Assembly (NCBI GenBank): GCA_051418015.1
Contig: JBPRGF010000023.1
Location: 160,001 to 224,000 of the forward strand
Reading direction: 5' to 3'
Origin: Candidatus Nitrospinota bacterium M3_3B_026
GTDB lineage: Bacteria > Nitrospinota_A > UBA7883 > JBPRGF01
Length of the DNA stretch: 64,000 nucleotides
Part shown: piece after piece, positions 10,057 through 20,544 of the stretch
Layout of the letters: every line of letters begins with the position of its first letter
How positions within the stretch are numbered: position 1 is the stretch's first letter
The notes under the pieces: model-generated
Databases searched by the model: none
Seen by the model: the letters and a program-made list of their open reading frames with translations, nothing else
What the model was told of the DNA's origin: nothing
Made by a program: the position numbers and the translations under genes

Positions 10057-10914
10057 ATGAAACCAGCCCCCAGCAGGCCGAGGGAATATAGATACAAGGG
10101 GCTAAGGCTCCCCTTCAACAGGCCCCTGGTCATGGGGATCGTCAACGTCACGCCGGACTCCTTCTCCGACGGCGGGCTGTTCATGGAGCCGGACGCCGCG
10201 GCGCGTCTCGCGGAAAAGTTCGCCGAGGACGGGGCGGATATCCTGGACATCGGCGGCGAATCCACCCGCCCCGGAGCAGAGCCCGTTTCGGCGGACGATG
10301 AGAAAAAAAGAGTCATCCCAGTCATAAGGCGGATCGTCCGCCGCCTCCCGAAAATCCCCGTATCCATAGACTCCCTCAAGCCGGAGGTGGTCAGAGAAGC
10401 CCTCGCCGAAGGGGCGGCGATGATAAACGACGTCGGTGGGCTTCGCGACCCTGGCATGATGGAGCTTGCGGCGGAGTCGGGCGCGCCCGTCGTCATCACC
10501 CACATGAAAGGCACTCCCCGGACGATGCAGCGCCGCCCGGCCTACCGCGACGTCGTGGAGACGATCCTCTCCTTTTTCAAGGAAAGGACAAAGGCCTGCC
10601 GCAAGGCCGGGGTGGAGAAGATAATCCTCGATCCCGGCATAGGCTTCGGCAAGACGGCGAGGCACAACCTCCAGATCATAAACAGGCTGGACAGGATAAC
10701 GCGCCTCGGCTATCCGGTCATGGTTGGAGCGTCCAGGAAATCTTTTATCGGAAAAACCCTCGGCCTGCCCGTGGACGAGAGAGAAGAGGCCACCATCGCC
10801 GTCAACGTCCTGGCCGTGGCGAAGGGCGCGTCCATCGTGAGGGTCCACGGCGTAAAAGCGAACGCCAGGGCCGTCAGGATGGCGTGGAGCGTTTTGAAGG
10901 AAAAACGCCCGTAG
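10057..10914 (+). CDS. folP: Dihydropteroate synthase
   Basis: VMGIVNVTPDSFSDGG, DIGGESTRPGA, LDPGIGFGK, GASRKSF. Confidence 0.96.
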   Translation: MKPAPSRPREYRYKGLRLPFNRPLVMGIVNVTPDSFSDGGLFMEPDAAARLAEKFAEDGADILDIGGESTRPGAEPVSADDEKKRVIPVIRRIVRRLPKIPVSIDSLKPEVVREALAEGAAMINDVGGLRDPGMMELAAESGAPVVITHMKGTPRTMQRRPAYRDVVETILSFFKERTKACRKAGVEKIILDPGIGFGKTARHNLQIINRLDRITRLGYPVMVGASRKSFIGKTLGLPVDEREEATIAVNVLAVAKGASIVRVHGVKANARAVRMAWSVLKEKRP

Positions 10915-10968
10915 GAGGCGCGCCGGGCCTTTCGCGCCCAAGGCCGTCCATACCGTCCGGTTTCCCTG

Positions 10969-11439
10969 CTACTGGCCCGCCTTCAGCTCCTTCAACAGCG
11001 CGTCCACCTCGGCGTGGATGGTGGCGGCTTTCCGGCGCGCCTCGTCGCTGAGAGACTCGTCACCGGCCATGTATCTCATCAGGTAAAGAGACCTGGAAAG
11101 TTCGGAGCCGATGAGGAGCTTTTTCGTTTCGCCTCCGCCGTCCGCGGCGGCTTTGGGCGAGGCGGCCAGATCGGCGAGCTTGCGGTCCAGCTCCGTCAAC
11201 CTCGATTTCAGCGATTTGACGGTCGGAGGATAGCTTTTCTCGAGGACGCTCAGCCTGTCATCCATGTTGAGATACACCATGGATATAAACCCCAGGGCGA
11301 ATATCCCCGCCAGAAGGCCAAGAAGAGCCACGACCCTCGAAAGCTGAAAACGGGTGTTGAGATCCGCGACGCTCCCCGCTTCTCTCGCGGGGTCCGAAGC
11401 GCCCGTCTCGGAGGTGTTTTCCGTCTCTGTCATGAGCAT
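10969..11439 (-). CDS. Hypothetical single-pass membrane protein with coiled coil
   Basis: Hydrophobic VVALLGLLAGIFALGFISMV followed by a heptad-like helix; fills the gap between genes. Confidence 0.6.
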   Translation of the reverse strand: MLMTETENTSETGASDPAREAGSVADLNTRFQLSRVVALLGLLAGIFALGFISMVYLNMDDRLSVLEKSYPPTVKSLKSRLTELDRKLADLAASPKAAADGGGETKKLLIGSELSRSLYLMRYMAGDESLSDEARRKAATIHAEVDALLKELKAGQ

Positions 11440-11648
11440 CTCCGCGGAAAAATGTTTCGCCGGTAAATCAGGACTCAAAGACCTTCCGGATTATAAGAGG
11501 CCCCGCGCCGCCGATTCAAGCGATAAATCCCCCCGCGAGTCCGCGGCCGTGGCGTCACGATGCGCCGAGCCCGGGATATTTTTGACTCATCTGTCTAAAA
11601 ATATTACAATTGCCAGGAACATTGGCCACTCCCGGAAGGCTGACCGAT

Positions 11649-13013
11649 ATGGAACACATACCCCCGTTCCGGGGACTGGCGGGAGAGACCGTCAGGCTGT
11701 TTGTAAGGCCCGGAACCCTCTTCACCGTTGTCCCGGCCCTCGTCGTAACCATCATCTTGACCGCCGCGGGGTTTTTCATCGCGGATTCGGTGGGCGTTCC
11801 CGACGTCTTCGGCCTGGTGATAAGCGCCGCCGCCATCTCCCCCGTCCTGGGCGCTTACGGGATGGCCGCCCGTCACGGCGACCTCGAAAGCGGCGTGATG
11901 AACATCCTCTCGAACCCGGCGGAGATATTCTCGTTCGCGGCCCGTTACAGCGCCCTCACCGTGATCTGGGGGGTTCCGGCCTCGTTCGCCGCCTTGTGGC
12001 TGATGAAAAAGAACGTCAGTTTCGACCTTGTGGCAGGCGGCGGCCCGAACGTCTTCAGCGCCCTCGGTCTTGTCGCGTTGCTGTTGCTTATCGCGCTTAT
12101 GCCCGTCTTCACGCTGATCGTCAGCCTGGCGGCGGAGACGATCGGGGAAGCCGTCGCGCCCGGCCCGTGGGGATGGCTTTTCGTCGAGAGGCGCGAGGAC
12201 CTGCCCGCCTTTTTCGCCTCCTATTTCGGGGGTATGGCTCTTTTCTTCATAATCATGGTTCCCATCCTTCTCGTCATCACGGCTGTCCTGTTCATGGTCA
12301 GCTTCCGGGCAGGGCTGGCGGCCGCCGGGGCGGCCTACGTCATCCCCTTCGCCGGAGCGCCCGTCCTGCTTGGCAGGCTGGCGGGATCGTTCGTCGCCGC
12401 CGAGGAGTCCGGCCCCGTGGAGGCTGGCGGGGCGGCGCCGGGGGGCGCGCTGACGGACATCAAGGACGACTTCTCTATAAAAAGGGCGGTGGAGCAAATC
12501 AGCCAAAAGGCCGAGACGGACATCATCACCGCGATCAGGGAGGCCGAGGAGCTGCGCGCCTCGCACCAGGACAACCCCGTCGTGCTGGCGGAGCTGAGCA
12601 GGCTGTACATGAAAAAGGGCGAGGGGGAGAACGCCCTGCTGACCGGGAGGGTCGCCGTCAGCCGCGCCCTGGCGATGGGGTTGAACGACGAGGCGGTCAA
12701 AACGTTCCAGGCCCTCGGGAAGCTCCGGGGCAAGCTCAAGCTCGAGGCCAAGGAGTTCGAAAAGCTCGCCAGGAGCTTTGTGCCCCGGGGCATGTTCGAC
12801 GAGGCGGTCTGGTGTTTCCGCGCCAGCGCCGCCTCGGGAGGGGACAAGATCAGGATACAGAAAGGGATCATCTCCGTTGCGGAGGCGGCCGCCCGGGCGG
12901 GGAACGCGAAAAAGGCAATGGCGGTTTACGCCTTTTTCATAAAGAGCTTTCCGGATTCGGAGTTCCTGGGGTATTGCAAAAACGAGTACAAAAAGCTCAA
13001 CGCCGGCAAGTAG
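11649..13013 (+). CDS. Hypothetical polytopic membrane protein with C-terminal TPR-like helices
   Basis: About 6 hydrophobic segments, then helical repeats (FDEAVWCFRA, KKAMAVYAFFIKSFPDSEF). Confidence 0.65.
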   Translation: MEHIPPFRGLAGETVRLFVRPGTLFTVVPALVVTIILTAAGFFIADSVGVPDVFGLVISAAAISPVLGAYGMAARHGDLESGVMNILSNPAEIFSFAARYSALTVIWGVPASFAALWLMKKNVSFDLVAGGGPNVFSALGLVALLLLIALMPVFTLIVSLAAETIGEAVAPGPWGWLFVERREDLPAFFASYFGGMALFFIIMVPILLVITAVLFMVSFRAGLAAAGAAYVIPFAGAPVLLGRLAGSFVAAEESGPVEAGGAAPGGALTDIKDDFSIKRAVEQISQKAETDIITAIREAEELRASHQDNPVVLAELSRLYMKKGEGENALLTGRVAVSRALAMGLNDEAVKTFQALGKLRGKLKLEAKEFEKLARSFVPRGMFDEAVWCFRASAASGGDKIRIQKGIISVAEAAARAGNAKKAMAVYAFFIKSFPDSEFLGYCKNEYKKLNAGK

Positions 13014-13031
13014 ACCCCTGCGCCGGACAGG

Positions 13032-13751
13032 CTACGAGAAGACCATGACGAACCCCACGGCCAGCAGCAGCGCGTGGACGATCTTCCTGAAGGACTCCTG
13101 GTCCACCCTGTCGTAGAGCGCCGCGCCGGAAAACGCCCCCAGCGCCACAAAGGGGGCCAGGATCAAAAACCACGAGACCGTCTTCATCGACGAGACGCCC
13201 GCCATGGCGTGGGCGGCGACGATTATCACCTGGTTGATGATGAAAAACCCGGTCAGGGTGGCCTTGAAGCTGTCCCCGCCCCAGCCACGCAGCGAGCCGT
13301 AGATGACGACCGGCGGGCCGCCTGTGTTTATCGCCCCGCTGAAAAAACCCGACAGAAAACCGAAGACATAGCCCGCCCTCTCGTTCATGGCGACTTCCAG
13401 ATCCTTCGCGAAAAGGGCGAACAGCGAGTAGACGACAAGGATGAAGCCCAGGATCAGCCTTATGATAGTCTCATCGTGGCTCACGAGGATATACAGCCCC
13501 AACGGTATCCCCGGCAGCGCTCCCGCCGCCAGGCGCAGAATCCGCCCGCCATCCATGTCCCGCCACGTCTTCACCGTCATGAAGACAAGCAGCGCCAGGG
13601 CGACAAGCGCTACAAGCGGTATCGCCTTTTTCACCCCCAGCAGGAGTGTAAGAAGAGGCACGGCGACCATCCCGGCGCCGAACCCCGTCAGACCCTGTAT
13701 GAGGCCCGCGGCGAAAACCACCAGGACGGCGAGCGTGATCTGAGCAGTCAT
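13032..13751 (-). CDS. Sulfite exporter TauE/SafE family protein
   Basis: AGLIQGLTGFGAG and GFFSGAINTGGPP duplicated motifs; about 8 TM segments. Confidence 0.85.
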   Translation of the reverse strand: MTAQITLAVLVVFAAGLIQGLTGFGAGMVAVPLLTLLLGVKKAIPLVALVALALLVFMTVKTWRDMDGGRILRLAAGALPGIPLGLYILVSHDETIIRLILGFILVVYSLFALFAKDLEVAMNERAGYVFGFLSGFFSGAINTGGPPVVIYGSLRGWGGDSFKATLTGFFIINQVIIVAAHAMAGVSSMKTVSWFLILAPFVALGAFSGAALYDRVDQESFRKIVHALLLAVGFVMVFS

Positions 13752-13811
13752 GGGCGGAAAAAAAGCGGAGGGGAAGCTCGCCGCGAAGGCGATGTGTGGC
13801 GGAGCCGCGCT

Positions 13812-14612
13812 TTACGGCCCATTCATCCCTTTCCTGACGGATTTTACGAATCTTTCGAGGCCGCGGACGGCGGCGGCGGTGTTTTTCGCTTCTCTTATCA
13901 CCCGGATGGCCTGCGAGCCTATGACTATGCCGTCGGCCTTCCCCGCAAGCTCCCTGGCCTGCTCCGGCCCGGTGACGCCGAACCCGGCGACGACCGGAAG
14001 CCTCGACACCTTTTTAAGCCTCGATAGCCCCCTGGCCGCCTCCCTGGGGACGGCGGACTGCTTGCCCGTTATGCCGCGGACGTTGATGTAATAGACAAAC
14101 CCCGTCGACCTGGCGGCGATCTTTTTAAGACGCCTGTCCGTGGAGGTGGGCGCGGCGAGGATTGTGTAATCGAGCCCCGACCGGCGAGCCGCCGGGCGAA
14201 ACTGTTCCGCCTCGTCCACGGGGACGTCAGGCAGGATCAGCCCATCCACACCCGCAGAGGCGCTCTCCTTCATGAACTTTTCAACGCCGCGCCGCAGGAC
14301 AAGGTTGGCCGACAGCATGAAAACCAGCGGGACATCGCTCCTTTTTCGTATCGCCCGGACAACCCCGAGGGTTTTATCCAGGTTGGCCCCCTTTTTGATG
14401 GCTCTCTGGAAGGACTCCTGGATCACGGGCCCGTCCGCCAGCGGGTCGGAGAAGGGGACGCCGATCTCGACTATGTCCGCCCCGGCTTCGTGGGCGGCCA
14501 CGGCCAGGTCGGCCGTCGCCTTCAGGCCGGGATCACCGGCGGGGAGGAATATCACCAGCGCCTTGCGCCTGTCCTCCCTCAGCCTCGCGAAGGTTTTTTG
14601 GATTCCGCTCAT
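13812..14612 (-). CDS. trpA: Tryptophan synthase alpha chain
   Basis: [21 protein letters not shown]. Confidence 0.96.
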   Translation of the reverse strand: MSGIQKTFARLREDRRKALVIFLPAGDPGLKATADLAVAAHEAGADIVEIGVPFSDPLADGPVIQESFQRAIKKGANLDKTLGVVRAIRKRSDVPLVFMLSANLVLRRGVEKFMKESASAGVDGLILPDVPVDEAEQFRPAARRSGLDYTILAAPTSTDRRLKKIAARSTGFVYYINVRGITGKQSAVPREAARGLSRLKKVSRLPVVAGFGVTGPEQARELAGKADGIVIGSQAIRVIREAKNTAAAVRGLERFVKSVRKGMNGP

Positions 14613-15802
14613 CGATCCCCCTTGCCGAGGCTCTTTTGAACCACTTCCACGTCCTTGTCGCCCCGCCCGGAGAGGCAGACCACCATCAGGTCGCTCTTTT
14701 TCATCTTCGGCGCCTGCCTCATGGCGTAGGCGATGGCGTGGGCGGACTCCAGCGCGGGCAGTATCCCCTCCAGCCTGGTGAGTTTTTCAAACGCCGCGAG
14801 CGCCTGCCTGTCGGTCACGGAGACATACTCGGCCCTGCCCGTCTCCTTGTACCAGGCGTGCTCCGGGCCGACGCCGGGATAGTCCAGCCCCGCGGAGATG
14901 GAGTGGGTCTCCATTATCTGCCCGTCCCTGTCCTGCAGCACGTAGCTTCTTGCCCCGTGCAGGACACCCTCACGCCCGCGGGCTAGCGACGCGCCGTGGC
15001 GGCCAGTGGAAAGCCCCTCACCCGCCGCCTCGACGCCGGCCATGGCCACCTCGCCATCGTCATGGAAGGGATGAAAAAGCCCCATGGCGTTCGACCCTCC
15101 CCCCACGCACGCCACCAGCATGTTCGGGAGCCTGCCCTCCTTGGCGAGTATCTGGAACTTCGTCTCGTGCCCTATGACGGACTGGAACTCCCGCACGATC
15201 TTCGGGAAAGGGTGGGGGCCGACGACGGAGCCGAGTATGTAGTGCGTGTCGTTGACCGATGCTATCCAGTCGCGGATCGCCTCGCTGGTGGCGTCCTTCA
15301 GCGTCTTCGTCCCCGTGTCCACCTTGATGACCCGCGCGCCCAGGAGCTCCATGCGGAAGACGTTCAGCCTCTGCCGCTCCATGTCCTTCGCGCCCATGTA
15401 GACGTCGCACTCCAGCCCCAGGAGAGCCGCCGCCGTGGCCGTGGCGACGCCGTGCTGGCCCGCGCCCGTCTCTGCTATGACTCTTTTCTTGCCCATGGCC
15501 TCAGCCAGCAGGGCCTGGCCCACGGTGTTGTTTATCTTGTGCGCGCCGGTGTGGTTCAGGTCCTCCCGTTTCAGGTATATCTTCGCGCCGCCGCAATGGC
15601 CGGTGAGCCTTCTGGCGAGGTAAAGCGGCGTGGGCCTGCCTATGTAGGTGGAGCGGAGGCGGTCCAGCCTCCTGCGAAACCTGGGCGAGCGCATGGCCCG
15701 CTCGAACTGCCTGTCCAGCTCCTCCAGGGCGGGCATGAGCGTCTCTATGACGTACCTGCCGCCAAAAGAGCCGAAATGACCGTGAGAGTCGGGTAAAGCC
15801 AT
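14609..15802 (-). CDS. trpB: Tryptophan synthase beta chain
   Basis: [35 protein letters not shown]. Start reassigned to ATG 15802 ([11 protein letters not shown]). Confidence 0.97.
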   Translation of the reverse strand: MALPDSHGHFGSFGGRYVIETLMPALEELDRQFERAMRSPRFRRRLDRLRSTYIGRPTPLYLARRLTGHCGGAKIYLKREDLNHTGAHKINNTVGQALLAEAMGKKRVIAETGAGQHGVATATAAALLGLECDVYMGAKDMERQRLNVFRMELLGARVIKVDTGTKTLKDATSEAIRDWIASVNDTHYILGSVVGPHPFPKIVREFQSVIGHETKFQILAKEGRLPNMLVACVGGGSNAMGLFHPFHDDGEVAMAGVEAAGEGLSTGRHGASLARGREGVLHGARSYVLQDRDGQIMETHSISAGLDYPGVGPEHAWYKETGRAEYVSVTDRQALAAFEKLTRLEGILPALESAHAIAYAMRQAPKMKKSDLMVVCLSGRGDKDVEVVQKSLGKGDR

Positions 15803-15831
15803 CAATTCCTCGCCGCGGGAAAAAAGAAGTG

Positions 15832-15860
15832 AGTTTACACCTCTCCCGGAGTAATGTAAA
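15832..15860 (-). promoter_or_regulatory. putative sigma70 promoter of trpBA
   Basis: On the minus strand, TTTACA-17 bp-TAAACT. Confidence 0.5.
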
Positions 15861-16040
15861 GGATTATGGTTTTTTGCAAATCTCACGGTAATACAGGAAG
15901 TTGAAGTTTCACCTGCCGTGGCGGGCCGCCGTCCCCCACTTTTGCTTTTTTTTCGTTTCGCTTTCCGGCCTTTGGATATATAATAAGTCCCCGGATGCGG
16001 GCAAAGGCGGCAATTCAGCCATTTTTTTTCAGGAGGGCCG

Positions 16041-17093
16041 ATGGCCAGAGCGACAGACGAGAGGCAGAAGGCGTTGGGCAACGCTTTCGCCCAGATAGAA
16101 AAACAGTTCGGAAAGGGCGCCATCATGCGCCTAGGCGACGGTGGGGATCACGCCCAGCCCCTGAACGTCATCTCCACCGGCTCGCTTTCCATAGACCACG
16201 CCCTTGGGATAGGCGGGTTTCCCCGGGGGAGAGTGGTGGAGGTCTTCGGGCCGGAATCCTCCGGCAAGACGACCCTCACCCTGCACGTTATCGCCCAGGC
16301 GCAAAGAAACGGCGGCGCGGCGGCGTTCATAGACGCCGAGCACGCCTTCGACCCGGTCTACGCGGGCAACCTGGGGGTGGACATCGACAACCTCATCATC
16401 TCCCAGCCGGACAACGGCGAGCAGGCCCTCGAGATCGCCGAGACTCTTGTCCGCTCCGGCGCGGTGGACGTGATAGTCATAGATTCCGTCGCGGCCCTCG
16501 TGCCGAAGTCGGAGCTGGAGGGGGACATGGGCGACCCCCAGATGGGGATGCAGGCCCGCCTGATGAGCCAGGCCCTGCGCAAGCTCACGGCGGTGATATC
16601 GAAATCCAAGACCAGCCTGGTGTTCATCAACCAGATACGGCAGAAGATAGGTGTCACCTTCGGCAACCCGGAGACGACCACCGGCGGCAACGCCCTGAAG
16701 TTCTACTCCTCGGTCAGGGTGGACATCCGCCGGCTGGCCTCCTTGAAAGACGGCGGGGACGTTATAGGCCACAGGACAAAGGTGAAAGTGGTGAAAAACA
16801 AGCTCGCTCCGCCCTTCCGCAACGCCGAGGTGGACATGGTGTTCGGCGAAGGGATATCGAGAGAAGGCGACATCGTGGACCTTGGCGTGGTCCACGGGAT
16901 AATACAGAAATCCGGGGCCTGGTTCTCCTGCGGCGACGAGAGGATAGGACAGGGCAAGGAGAACGCCAAGAAGTTTTTGAGGGAATACCCGGAGATGGCC
17001 CTGGAGATAGAGAAAAAGCTGAGGGAGAAACTGGGCCTGCCCAGCCTGGAGGCCGTCTCCGAGAAGACCGAGGCGGCCGCCGAGGCCGAGTAG
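16041..17093 (+). CDS. recA: Recombinase RecA
   Basis: [25 protein letters not shown]. Confidence 0.98.
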   Translation: MARATDERQKALGNAFAQIEKQFGKGAIMRLGDGGDHAQPLNVISTGSLSIDHALGIGGFPRGRVVEVFGPESSGKTTLTLHVIAQAQRNGGAAAFIDAEHAFDPVYAGNLGVDIDNLIISQPDNGEQALEIAETLVRSGAVDVIVIDSVAALVPKSELEGDMGDPQMGMQARLMSQALRKLTAVISKSKTSLVFINQIRQKIGVTFGNPETTTGGNALKFYSSVRVDIRRLASLKDGGDVIGHRTKVKVVKNKLAPPFRNAEVDMVFGEGISREGDIVDLGVVHGIIQKSGAWFSCGDERIGQGKENAKKFLREYPEMALEIEKKLREKLGLPSLEAVSEKTEAAAEAE

Positions 17094-17103
17094 TATTTTC
17101 AGC

Positions 17104-17610
17104 GTGGCCCGGAGGCGCGCCCCCAGGTCCTGCATGGACCATGCCCTGGCCCTGCTCGCAAGAAGGCCCCACTCCGTCCGCGAGATCGAGAAAAAGCTCG
17201 GGGAGAAGGGGCACGGCCGGGAGGAGATAGACGCGGCTGTCAAAAGGCTCCTTGGCCTCGGCTATCTCGACGACGAATCCGTCTGCCGGGACTATGCCTC
17301 CTCGCGCGTCCGCAGGGCCCGCGTCGGGCCGGCGCGGCTGAGGATGGACCTCGCCCGCAAGGGTTTCGAAAAAGGGCTGATCAAAAGGACGCTGGAGGAG
17401 GTCTACGGCGAAGAGGGGGCCGAGCTTGCCATAGCCCGCCGCGCGGCGGCGAGGAAGGCCCGGTCGCTGAAACAGGGTCTTGGCAGGGACGAGATGAAGA
17501 TAAAAATTTTCGATCACCTGGCGCGCAGGGGTTTCAGGATGGAGACGGCGCGCAGGCTCGCCCTTGATGAGTTTGACGAGATCCTGAGGCGGGCGGAGGA
17601 GAACGGATGA
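17104..17610 (+). CDS. recX: Regulatory protein RecX
   Basis: ALALLARRPHS..E...KL, GYLDD, LARRGF; downstream of recA. Confidence 0.88.
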   Translation: MARRRAPRSCMDHALALLARRPHSVREIEKKLGEKGHGREEIDAAVKRLLGLGYLDDESVCRDYASSRVRRARVGPARLRMDLARKGFEKGLIKRTLEEVYGEEGAELAIARRAAARKARSLKQGLGRDEMKIKIFDHLARRGFRMETARRLALDEFDEILRRAEENG

Positions 17611-18383
17611 GCGATCTTCCTTCGTGGTATCTCCATATCTCCGCCTTTATCCTCGGGGCCTGCGTGGGCAGCTTCCTGAACGTGGTGATATACCGCCTGC
17701 CCATGGGCAAGTCGCTCGTCCGCCCGGGGTCCGGCTGCCCGGAGTGCGGCTCGCCGGTCCGGGCGATGGACAACGTGCCCATACTAAGCTGGCTTGTCCT
17801 GATGGGGCTGTGCCGCGACTGCGGCGCGCCGATATCGGCGAGGTACATCCTCGTGGAGCTTCTGACCGGCGTCCTGACGCTGGCCGTTGTCGTCATCCAC
17901 GGCGCGGGCCCGGAGGCGCTTTTCTATCTAGTCCTGGCGTGGTGCCTGGTGGCCGTCACGTTCATCGACCTCGAGTTCCAGATCATCCCCGACGAGCTTA
18001 GCGTGGGCGGCGTGGCGGCGGGGTTGCTGGCTTCGTCCTTTCTTTCGATGGGGCTGAAAGGCGCCCTCCTCGGCGTTCTGGCAGGCGGTGGGATATTCTT
18101 CGCCCTGGCCATAGCCTACCCCGGCGGGATGGGCGGCGGCGATATAAAGCTCATGGCGGCGATCGGCGCGTTCCTGGGCTGGAAACTGGCCCTGCTCACC
18201 ATCGTGACAGGCTCGGTCCTCGGCGCCGCCGCGGGGCTTTCGGCGATGGCCTTTTTCGGCAAGGGGAGAAAAAGCAGGATACCCTTCGGCCCGTTCCTGG
18301 CTGCGGGAGGGATCGTCTCCATCCTGTGGGGGGAGCGGATCATCGGGGCCTACCTCGCCGCCTTTGGCCCCGGCACGGGCTGA
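17607..18383 (+). CDS. pilD: Prepilin peptidase / N-methyltransferase
   Basis: GSFLNVVIYRLP, two CxxC motifs, FID, GMGGGDIKL, IPFGPFL. Confidence 0.93.
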   Translation: MSDLPSWYLHISAFILGACVGSFLNVVIYRLPMGKSLVRPGSGCPECGSPVRAMDNVPILSWLVLMGLCRDCGAPISARYILVELLTGVLTLAVVVIHGAGPEALFYLVLAWCLVAVTFIDLEFQIIPDELSVGGVAAGLLASSFLSMGLKGALLGVLAGGGIFFALAIAYPGGMGGGDIKLMAAIGAFLGWKLALLTIVTGSVLGAAAGLSAMAFFGKGRKSRIPFGPFLAAGGIVSILWGERIIGAYLAAFGPGTG

Positions 18384-18414
18384 CGGACGCCCGGCCCCGT
18401 TCGACCGCCCCTGT

Positions 18415-18446
18415 TGTCATTCTGAGGCGCAAGCCGAAGAATCCCG
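18415..18446. repeat. REP-like element, family B (half unit)
   Basis: GTCATTCTGAGGCGCAAGCCGAAGAATCC resembles the copies at 29714 and 61772. Confidence 0.45.
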
Positions 18447-18469
18447 CCGTGCCTGACGTGGACGCGGCT

Positions 18470-20008
18470 CTACCTCACCCCGGCGCCGAAATGGCGCTCG
18501 ATGGCTCCCGCCAGTGCGGCCGTGGTGAAATCTTTCGGCTCGATCACGGGGTTCAATCCAAGCTTGCGGGCGGTCTCCGAGGTGATCGGCCCGATAGAGG
18601 CCACCGTCACGCCTTCCATCAGCCGCGCCGCCTCATCCTTGCCCCACATCTGGACGAAGTTCTGGACGGTGGAGGAGGAGGTGAACGTCACAACGTCTAT
18701 CAGGCCCTCCTCGAACATTTTGCGGACCTCTTCCTTGCGCTCTTCGGGTTTGATGGTGACGTAGGCCTCGGCGATGGTCACCTCCGCGCCAAGCTCGCCG
18801 AGTTTTTCCGGCAGGACCTCCCGGGCCACTTTCGCGCGGGGGATGAGTATCTTTTTACCCTTGAGGTCCTCGGCGCCCAGCCCTTCTATGATCGCCTCGG
18901 CGCGATATTCCGCCGGCAAAAGATCGACCCGCACGCCGAGGCTCTCCACCGCCTCCGCGGTCTTCGGCCCGATGCCGCAGACTTTCAGTCCCTTAAGGTC
19001 TCGTATGTCCATGCCGCGCTCTTTCAGCCGCTCGACGAAGAACTTTACGCCGTTGACGGAGGTGAAGATTATCCAGTCATAATCCGCGAGTCTGTCAAGG
19101 GCGGCGTCGAGGCTGTCCCAGGACTCCGGCTTCACGGTCTCTATGGTGGGGAACTCTATGACGTCCGCGCCGCGCTCAGCCAGCATGGCGGCGAAATCCG
19201 AGGCCTGCTCGCGCGCCCTGGTCACCACTATTTTCCTGCCGAACAATGGTTTTCGCTCGAACCAGTCGAGCTCCTCCTTGAGCTCCACCACGCCGCCGAC
19301 GACGGTTATGGCGGGGGGTTTTATGTTCGCCTCCCTGACCTTGTCCACTATATCCGCCAGCGTCCCGGTGACGGTCTTCTGCTCCGGCGTCGTCCCCCAG
19401 CGGATGACCGCGGCGGGAGTCTCGGCCGGGCGGCCGTGTTTGATGAGGTTCTCCACGATGTTCGGCAGGTTCTTGATCCCCATGTAAAAGACGAGGGTGC
19501 CCATGCCCGTGGCGATCCTGTCCCAGTGTATGTTCGACTCTTTTTTCGTGGGGTCCTCGTGCCCTGTTACGAAGGCGACGGTGGCCGTGTGATCGCGATG
19601 CGTGAGGGGTATCCCCGCGTAGGCCGCGCCCGCCGCGCCCGCCGTGACGCCGGGGACGACCTCGTAGCGCAGCCCGGCCCTGACAAGCTCCTGGGCCTCC
19701 TCTCCGCCGCGTCCGAAGATGAAAGGATCTCCCCCCTTGAGCCGGGCCACGACCTTGCCCGCCCCGCAGCGGTCCACTATGATCTGGTTTATCTCGTCCT
19801 GGGTCTTAGTGTGGCTGCCGCCCTGTTTGCCGACGTATAAAATCTCCGCGTCCGGCCGGGCGCTCTCCAGCAGCTTCGGGCTGGCCAGGTAGTCATACAC
19901 GATGACATCGGCGCGCTCGATGATCTCTTTTCCCTTCACCGTTATGAGGCCCGGGTCCCCCGGCCCCGCTCCGATGAGATAGACGATTCCTTTGGACGTT
20001 TGGGGCAT
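18470..20008 (-). CDS. cobA: Uroporphyrinogen-III C-methyltransferase / uroporphyrinogen-III synthase fusion (CobA-HemD)
   Basis: GAGPGDPGLIT and RLKGGDPFIFGRGGEE, then a HemD part (IVVTRA, IFTSVNGV, FTSSSTV). Confidence 0.93.
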   Translation of the reverse strand: MPQTSKGIVYLIGAGPGDPGLITVKGKEIIERADVIVYDYLASPKLLESARPDAEILYVGKQGGSHTKTQDEINQIIVDRCGAGKVVARLKGGDPFIFGRGGEEAQELVRAGLRYEVVPGVTAGAAGAAYAGIPLTHRDHTATVAFVTGHEDPTKKESNIHWDRIATGMGTLVFYMGIKNLPNIVENLIKHGRPAETPAAVIRWGTTPEQKTVTGTLADIVDKVREANIKPPAITVVGGVVELKEELDWFERKPLFGRKIVVTRAREQASDFAAMLAERGADVIEFPTIETVKPESWDSLDAALDRLADYDWIIFTSVNGVKFFVERLKERGMDIRDLKGLKVCGIGPKTAEAVESLGVRVDLLPAEYRAEAIIEGLGAEDLKGKKILIPRAKVAREVLPEKLGELGAEVTIAEAYVTIKPEERKEEVRKMFEEGLIDVVTFTSSSTVQNFVQMWGKDEAARLMEGVTVASIGPITSETARKLGLNPVIEPKDFTTAALAGAIERHFGAGVR

Positions 20009-20073
20009 AAAATGTCTTTCCGAATGAAAATTTTAATTATAACGCACAGGGCCCGCCCGGAGCCTGCCCGCTC

Positions 20074-20113
20074 AAAACAAAAAAACCGGCGCCCGCTCTA
20101 AAAGGCGCCGGTT
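20074..20113 (-). terminator. Intrinsic terminator downstream of rnpB
   Basis: AACCGGCGCC/GGCGCCGGTT stem followed by a T-tract on the minus strand. Confidence 0.75.
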
Positions 20114-20128
20114 CCCGTCAGTCAATTT

Positions 20129-20532
20129 GAAGAGGCCGGCTGTAAGCCGGATCCTGTTCTCATCCCGCAGGATGAGCGACAGCCATTCATCTAGCCGCGC
20201 CGTTGCCGGCGCGGTCGAGCGGCCAACCCGGAAGCTTTCGGGCGAGCAACCCTATACCCCTCGCGGGGGAACGCTTCCCTATTCGGCCTTGCGCCGGGTA
20301 GGGCTTGCCCTGCCGGCGATGTCACCACCGCCGCGGTGAGCTCTTACCTCACCTTTTCACCCTTACTGCCGGAGGCCCGAAGGCCGCCGGTTAGCGGTAT
20401 GTTTTCTGTGGCGCTTTCCCTGGGGTCGCCCCCGCTCCCCGTTAGGGAGTACCCTGCTCTGCGGCGTCCGGACTTTCCTCCCGCCGGCGATCCTGTGAAG
20501 GCGCCGGCCGGCGGCCGTCCACCGGCCTCTTC
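20129..20532 (-). ncRNA. rnpB: RNase P RNA (bacterial type A)
   Basis: Minus strand carries GAGGAAAGTCCGG, GGAAAGCGCCACAGAAAA, AAGGGTGAAAAGGTGAGGTAAGAGC and ACAGGATCCGGCTTA. The ends GAAGAGGCCGG/CCGGCCTCTTC pair as P1. Confidence 0.97.
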
Positions 20533-20544
20533 ATAACTATTTTA

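Noticed and set aside
15803..16040. LexA box upstream of recA
   Set aside because: I see no convincing match to LexA motifs I know. The TTTACA/TGTAAA symmetry is explained by the trpB promoter.
20127..20536. Two short + strand ORFs
   Set aside because: They lie antisense to the RNase P RNA gene.
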